Translations under genes and position numbers: made by a program
Source: Candidatus Saccharimonadales bacterium
Lineage (GTDB): Bacteria > Patescibacteriota > Saccharimonadia > Saccharimonadales > Saccharimonadaceae
Direction of reading: 5' to 3'
NCBI GenBank assembly: GCA_030145955.1
Contig: JASLCR010000007.1
Location: 1 to 29,054 of the forward strand
Length of the DNA: 29,054 nucleotides
In this document: positions 25,257-29,054 of the stretch, piece after piece
Position numbering within the stretch: the stretch's first letter is position 1
How the letters are laid out: the number at the start of each line of letters is the position of its first letter
Notes under the pieces: generated by a model
The model's database searches: none
Told to the model about the DNA's origin: nothing
Seen by the model: the letters and a program-made list of their open reading frames with translations, nothing else

Positions 25257-26474
25257 CTACTTTACTGCCTTTAGTGCCGCATCGAGCTGAGGATCGCGAT
25301 CGCGATTGATATCGTCTGTACTAATCTCAACCGCCTGGTCGGGTTGCAAACCATTGCCATTGATATTATGGCCCTTGGGTGTGTACCATTTCGCTATGGT
25401 CACCTTAAGTTGCGCACCATCCTCAAGATCAATAAGTTGCTGCACGGAACCTTTACCAAATGTTTTCTTCCCAAGGAGTGTTGCTTTGCCGTAATCACGT
25501 AGCGCTCCTGCAACAATCTCGCTCGCACTTGCTGTACCCTCATCCACCAACACAATCGTCTTCAGCTTGCCAAGCAGCGGGTCACCACTTGCCTTTGATT
25601 GATCAACTACCTTACCGTTCTTTCGCTGAGATACAATTACTTGCCCCTTATCAAGCCAGAGGCTAGCCACGTCGATTGCACCGTTTACATACCCACCGCC
25701 ATCTCCTCGAAGGTCAAGAATGACACCTGTTACGTTCTGCTGCTTGAATGAATCGGCTGCTTTGCGAGCAAGCGCACCTGTTTCGCCATCAAAACGGCTG
25801 ATCGTAAGAATTCCAACGCCATTCTTAACTTCACTGCGTACACTTGGGTTATTTACCACTGCTCGTGTAATAGTAAAGGTCATCGTTTTACCTTCACGGC
25901 CGACTTCAACTTTAACTGTTGTGCCCTCTTTGCCGCGAATCTTTGCCACAACAACGTCAACATCCTGCTTGCTCACATCTTCGTCGTTCACCCGAAGTAC
26001 AATATCACCTTTACGTAGGCCGGCTTTCTCGGCTGGATGATCTGGTAACGCACGCACTACTGTTGGACGGTCATTACGAATACCAATCTCCGCACCAATA
26101 CCACCGCCGATCTCACCGTCAAGATCATCTTGGAGGGCTTTTGCATCCTTTGCGTTCAAATATACAGTGTACTTATCGCCTGCCGCCGCAGTAAGACCCT
26201 TATTGGCACCATCGATAAGCGTCTTTGTATCAAGCTTGCCATCATAATTTTCGAGTAGATACTGGTATGTATGTTGCACGGAGGTAAGGTCAATAGTCTT
26301 ATTTGACCTGGGAGTTCCAATCACTCTTGAAATAGTGTCGTTCACTTCATTGATCCGTGTTCCTGCCACAAACGAAAGGAGCGCAATCAGACACACCGAA
26401 AAGAAAAGAATCTTGCCATTAATCAATATCATGCCGGGCTTGGCAGAAGCCCTATCGTGTTCAAAGTCTTTCAT
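25257..26474 (-). CDS. S41 C-terminal processing protease (CtpA/CtpB-like, PDZ)
   Basis: GIGAEI PDZ, LDLRGDGGG, TASASEI, TFGKGSVQ, YTPKG; N-terminal TM. Confidence 0.95.
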   Translation of the reverse strand: MKDFEHDRASAKPGMILINGKILFFSVCLIALLSFVAGTRINEVNDTISRVIGTPRSNKTIDLTSVQHTYQYLLENYDGKLDTKTLIDGANKGLTAAAGDKYTVYLNAKDAKALQDDLDGEIGGGIGAEIGIRNDRPTVVRALPDHPAEKAGLRKGDIVLRVNDEDVSKQDVDVVVAKIRGKEGTTVKVEVGREGKTMTFTITRAVVNNPSVRSEVKNGVGILTISRFDGETGALARKAADSFKQQNVTGVILDLRGDGGGYVNGAIDVASLWLDKGQVIVSQRKNGKVVDQSKASGDPLLGKLKTIVLVDEGTASASEIVAGALRDYGKATLLGKKTFGKGSVQQLIDLEDGAQLKVTIAKWYTPKGHNINGNGLQPDQAVEISTDDINRDRDPQLDAALKAVK

Positions 26475-26524
26475 CTTCCCCTAGTATAGCGGATTTATTG
26501 CCGCTTATGCTAGAGAAAATAATT

Positions 26525-27691
26525 CTAGAAGTAGATGTATGTATCGTAGGTCGCTGGATTAACGTTATAGCGCTCAGAATAGTGTCCCCAGCCTCGGCCT
26601 GGAAGATATTCGTTATACTGGCTAATATTAATGGTTCCATCACCATTAACGCTTTCAACCCATACAACATGTCCGTAGGCACCAGCGCTGATCACGCCGA
26701 CTGATTTTGCTCGAGGCGTTGAGCCCGTAGGAATCCCTGCTGCCCTGGCATTACCAGGCCATTGATTGGCATTACCAACACCGCCCCAATATGGCATATG
26801 TCCGTTCTTTTGGTACACTTTCCATGCTGTATAGCTGACGCATTCACGGTTGTACATACCCCAAGGGTCAACAATGGTGTCCATTTCTGAGTTAGCAAGA
26901 TTGTTGGGGTAACCGCCACGAGTTGGGCTGCCCGCAACAGCGCCACCGCCGCCACCGTTGGCACGTAGGCGTGCTGCGATCTCAGCCTGCTGCTGCTGCT
27001 CCAGCTTACTCTTTTGCTGTGATGACTGCGCAGATAGCTGCTGGAAGACACTTTCTTTACCTCGTGTCTTTGCGATCAACTCCTGTTTCTCCTGCTCCTT
27101 CTGAACAAGCTGTTGGCGCTGATTCTTCTGGTCAGCAATCACCTGCTCAACTTGCTTCTTCTGCTTTTCAAGATCTTTCTTAAGGCGATCAATGCGATCA
27201 ATTGTCTGCTTTAGTGTGCTTTGTACTTGCTCGCGGTTTGCTTGCTTATCAACATATTCGGCAATATTCTTACTACTTGCAAGCATTTCAAGCGGCGAAA
27301 CACCGTTGTCAATGTACATATCAGCAATGGTGTCACCTAGCACAGATTTGTTATCTTTGATTTTTTGCTCGTTTTCAGCAATTTGCTGCGCCAGCTGGTT
27401 GGCTTTTTGCGTGCTTACATCAAGCCGAGCTTGAATTTGATTGCGCTCATTTGTCAGCTTTGCAAGCTGAGTCTGATATGTCTGACGTTCTTTTCCTAGT
27501 TTTGCAGCCTCATTATTATACTGAGAGATTTGTTGCTCAAGCGCACGAATTTTAACATCGTAGTCATCTGCATAGGCAGGACGATCAAACGTAAAAGGAG
27601 AAACGGACAACGCCATAATCGTAGCAGCGATCACGCATGCCTTCATGGTGAACGATTTGCTCGAAACTGGTGTGGTGGACCGTTGTTTCAT
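26525..27691 (-). CDS. Coiled-coil + CHAP peptidoglycan hydrolase (PcsB/CwlO-like)
   Basis: Signal peptide, long coiled coil, RECVSY, GNANQW, YGHVVWVE; downstream of ftsX. Start is 27691 or 27700. Confidence 0.92.
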   Translation of the reverse strand: MKQRSTTPVSSKSFTMKACVIAATIMALSVSPFTFDRPAYADDYDVKIRALEQQISQYNNEAAKLGKERQTYQTQLAKLTNERNQIQARLDVSTQKANQLAQQIAENEQKIKDNKSVLGDTIADMYIDNGVSPLEMLASSKNIAEYVDKQANREQVQSTLKQTIDRIDRLKKDLEKQKKQVEQVIADQKNQRQQLVQKEQEKQELIAKTRGKESVFQQLSAQSSQQKSKLEQQQQAEIAARLRANGGGGGAVAGSPTRGGYPNNLANSEMDTIVDPWGMYNRECVSYTAWKVYQKNGHMPYWGGVGNANQWPGNARAAGIPTGSTPRAKSVGVISAGAYGHVVWVESVNGDGTINISQYNEYLPGRGWGHYSERYNVNPATYDTYIYF

Positions 27692-27724
27692 TACTCCCAT
27701 ACTACCATAAGCAGAATAGCTTTG

Positions 27725-28711
27725 TCAAACCTTTAAATATTTACGTGTTGCAAGCAGTGAAGATATGATGCCAATAATCGCGCCGGCCAGAATCATGCCA
27801 AGTAGTACAAACCCGATATAGGTTACAAGAAAATCAATGGTTGGCCCAATTGCTACCTTATAGCTCAGTAGCTTTTCGCGTGCCGCATAGAGCATGAAAA
27901 GTCCGATACCCGTTGCCAGTACAGCCGCAATAAATCCATACACAACAGCTTCTACAACAAATGGACCTCGAATAAAGCTTCTGTCTGCACCAATCAGCTT
28001 CATCATCTGAATCTCTTCTTTGCGGTTAAAGATTGCCATGCGAATAGTGTTGAAGACAATGAGACTTGATATCACCACAAACACGACACTTGCTGCCAGC
28101 CCTGCTTTGTCGGCAAATGACACCCAGCTTCCGATTGTCTTAATCGCATCACGTCGATCACCAGCAAATGATGGCTCTCTACCAGTATCACGGTGGGTTT
28201 TGTAGTTTTCATTCGTCTTCACGAACATATCAAGCTCGCTGGTATTGTTGATATCTGCAACATTAACCCGTATTATCCAAGGAAATTTATTAGTCGCCTC
28301 GTTAAGAATACGTAGCAGATCAGGGTCTGAGTTCTTGCTATCCTTGGCAAAATCGGCCCTTGCCTCTTCAGGATTAATATATGACACCTTCTTGACGCTC
28401 GGAAGCTTCTTGAGGTCATTCGTCACCTGTTGCGCTTGCTCCTCGGTAGAGTCATGAGCTAGGTAGACAGACATATCAACATTGCTTCTAATTTCATCGA
28501 CAGTTGTTTGAAGCGTATTACGTGCCGCCAAGGTCATAAAGACAATCAGCAAAGTAATCGTCATAACAGCGGTTGCCGCAACAGTTAGCCAGGCGTTTCG
28601 GCTAAAGTTATTGACACCATAGCGCACCATACGCATAAATGTAATCCACTGGCGGCGCCGTCGCCGCTGAAGCGCAAAGCTCTTGCCGTCGTGCTTTTTA
28701 TGCTTTGCCAT
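27725..28711 (-). CDS. ftsX: Cell division permease-like protein FtsX
   Basis: FNTIRMAIFNRKEEIQMMKLIGA..FIRGPFVVE; GGAGG SD before ATG 28711. Confidence 0.95.
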   Translation of the reverse strand: MAKHKKHDGKSFALQRRRRRQWITFMRMVRYGVNNFSRNAWLTVAATAVMTITLLIVFMTLAARNTLQTTVDEIRSNVDMSVYLAHDSTEEQAQQVTNDLKKLPSVKKVSYINPEEARADFAKDSKNSDPDLLRILNEATNKFPWIIRVNVADINNTSELDMFVKTNENYKTHRDTGREPSFAGDRRDAIKTIGSWVSFADKAGLAASVVFVVISSLIVFNTIRMAIFNRKEEIQMMKLIGADRSFIRGPFVVEAVVYGFIAAVLATGIGLFMLYAAREKLLSYKVAIGPTIDFLVTYIGFVLLGMILAGAIIGIISSLLATRKYLKV

Positions 28712-29054
28712 TACTTTCACCTCCAAATTGACGATAACTTCCCTGCGCTTGGTCACTCGTAATCTTACCACCCTCTATAGTGACAACTCGTCGCTTCAAT
28801 TTATTCACAATTTCAACATTATGCGTTGTCAGAATCACTGTTGTGCCGTAGCGGTTGATTTTTTCGAGCAACTTCACAATTTCCCAGCTATGCTTTGGAT
28901 CAAGGTTTCCGGTTGGCTCATCGGCAATCAAGATCTTTGGCTGACGCACCATGGCACGGGCAATCGCCACGCGCTGCCGTTCACCACCACTGAGCTGATG
29001 CGGGAAGCTTTTCTCTTTGCCCTGCAGACCGACGAGCTCAATAATACGTGGCAC
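28698..29054 (-). CDS. ftsE: Cell division ATP-binding protein FtsE (3' part)
   Basis: LSGGERQRVAIARA, ADEPTGNLDP, TTH; upstream of ftsX; truncated at the window edge. Confidence 0.93.
   Translation of the reverse strand: MPRIIELVGLQGKEKSFPHQLSGGERQRVAIARAMVRQPKILIADEPTGNLDPKHSWEIVKLLEKINRYGTTVILTTHNVEIVNKLKRRVVTIEGGKITSDQAQGSYRQFGGESNGKA

Overview
A 29 kb piece of bacterial chromosome, most consistent with Candidatus Saccharibacteria (TM7, Patescibacteria/CPR). This is inferred from compact, trimmed housekeeping genes, an alpha2-type GlyRS, a Pif1-like helicase, a Trm11-like methyltransferase and standard code 11. Most genes are on the minus strand. Left end: start of a dcw cluster (mraZ-rsmH-ftsL-like-ftsI/pbp, truncated). 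Middle: GH1 glycosidase, Pif1 helicase, orphan KwaB/DUF4868-like gene, a ferric-reductase-like membrane protein/His-only cupredoxin/DUF427 unit, Ca-binding genes (Excalibur, EF-hand) beside a bestrophin-like gene, glyQS, histidine kinase-response regulator-recO, xseAB, a flippase-like gene and rpmA. Right end: ftsE-ftsX-CHAP hydrolase-S41 protease-response regulator. I saw no CRISPR array, tRNA, rRNA or IS. The strongest unexplained signal is non-coding. The spacers of the mraZ operon are unusually long and fold on the mRNA (minus) strand: a ~230 nt multi-branched element with G-U wobbles, plus GNRA/UUCG tetraloop hairpins. They also share a repeated single-stranded AAAACAAAC(A/C) motif, suggesting an undescribed RNA-level regulatory layer on cell-division genes. 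A second pattern: about 14 genes have a -10 box 6-9 nt before the start codon, implying widespread (near-)leaderless mRNAs.
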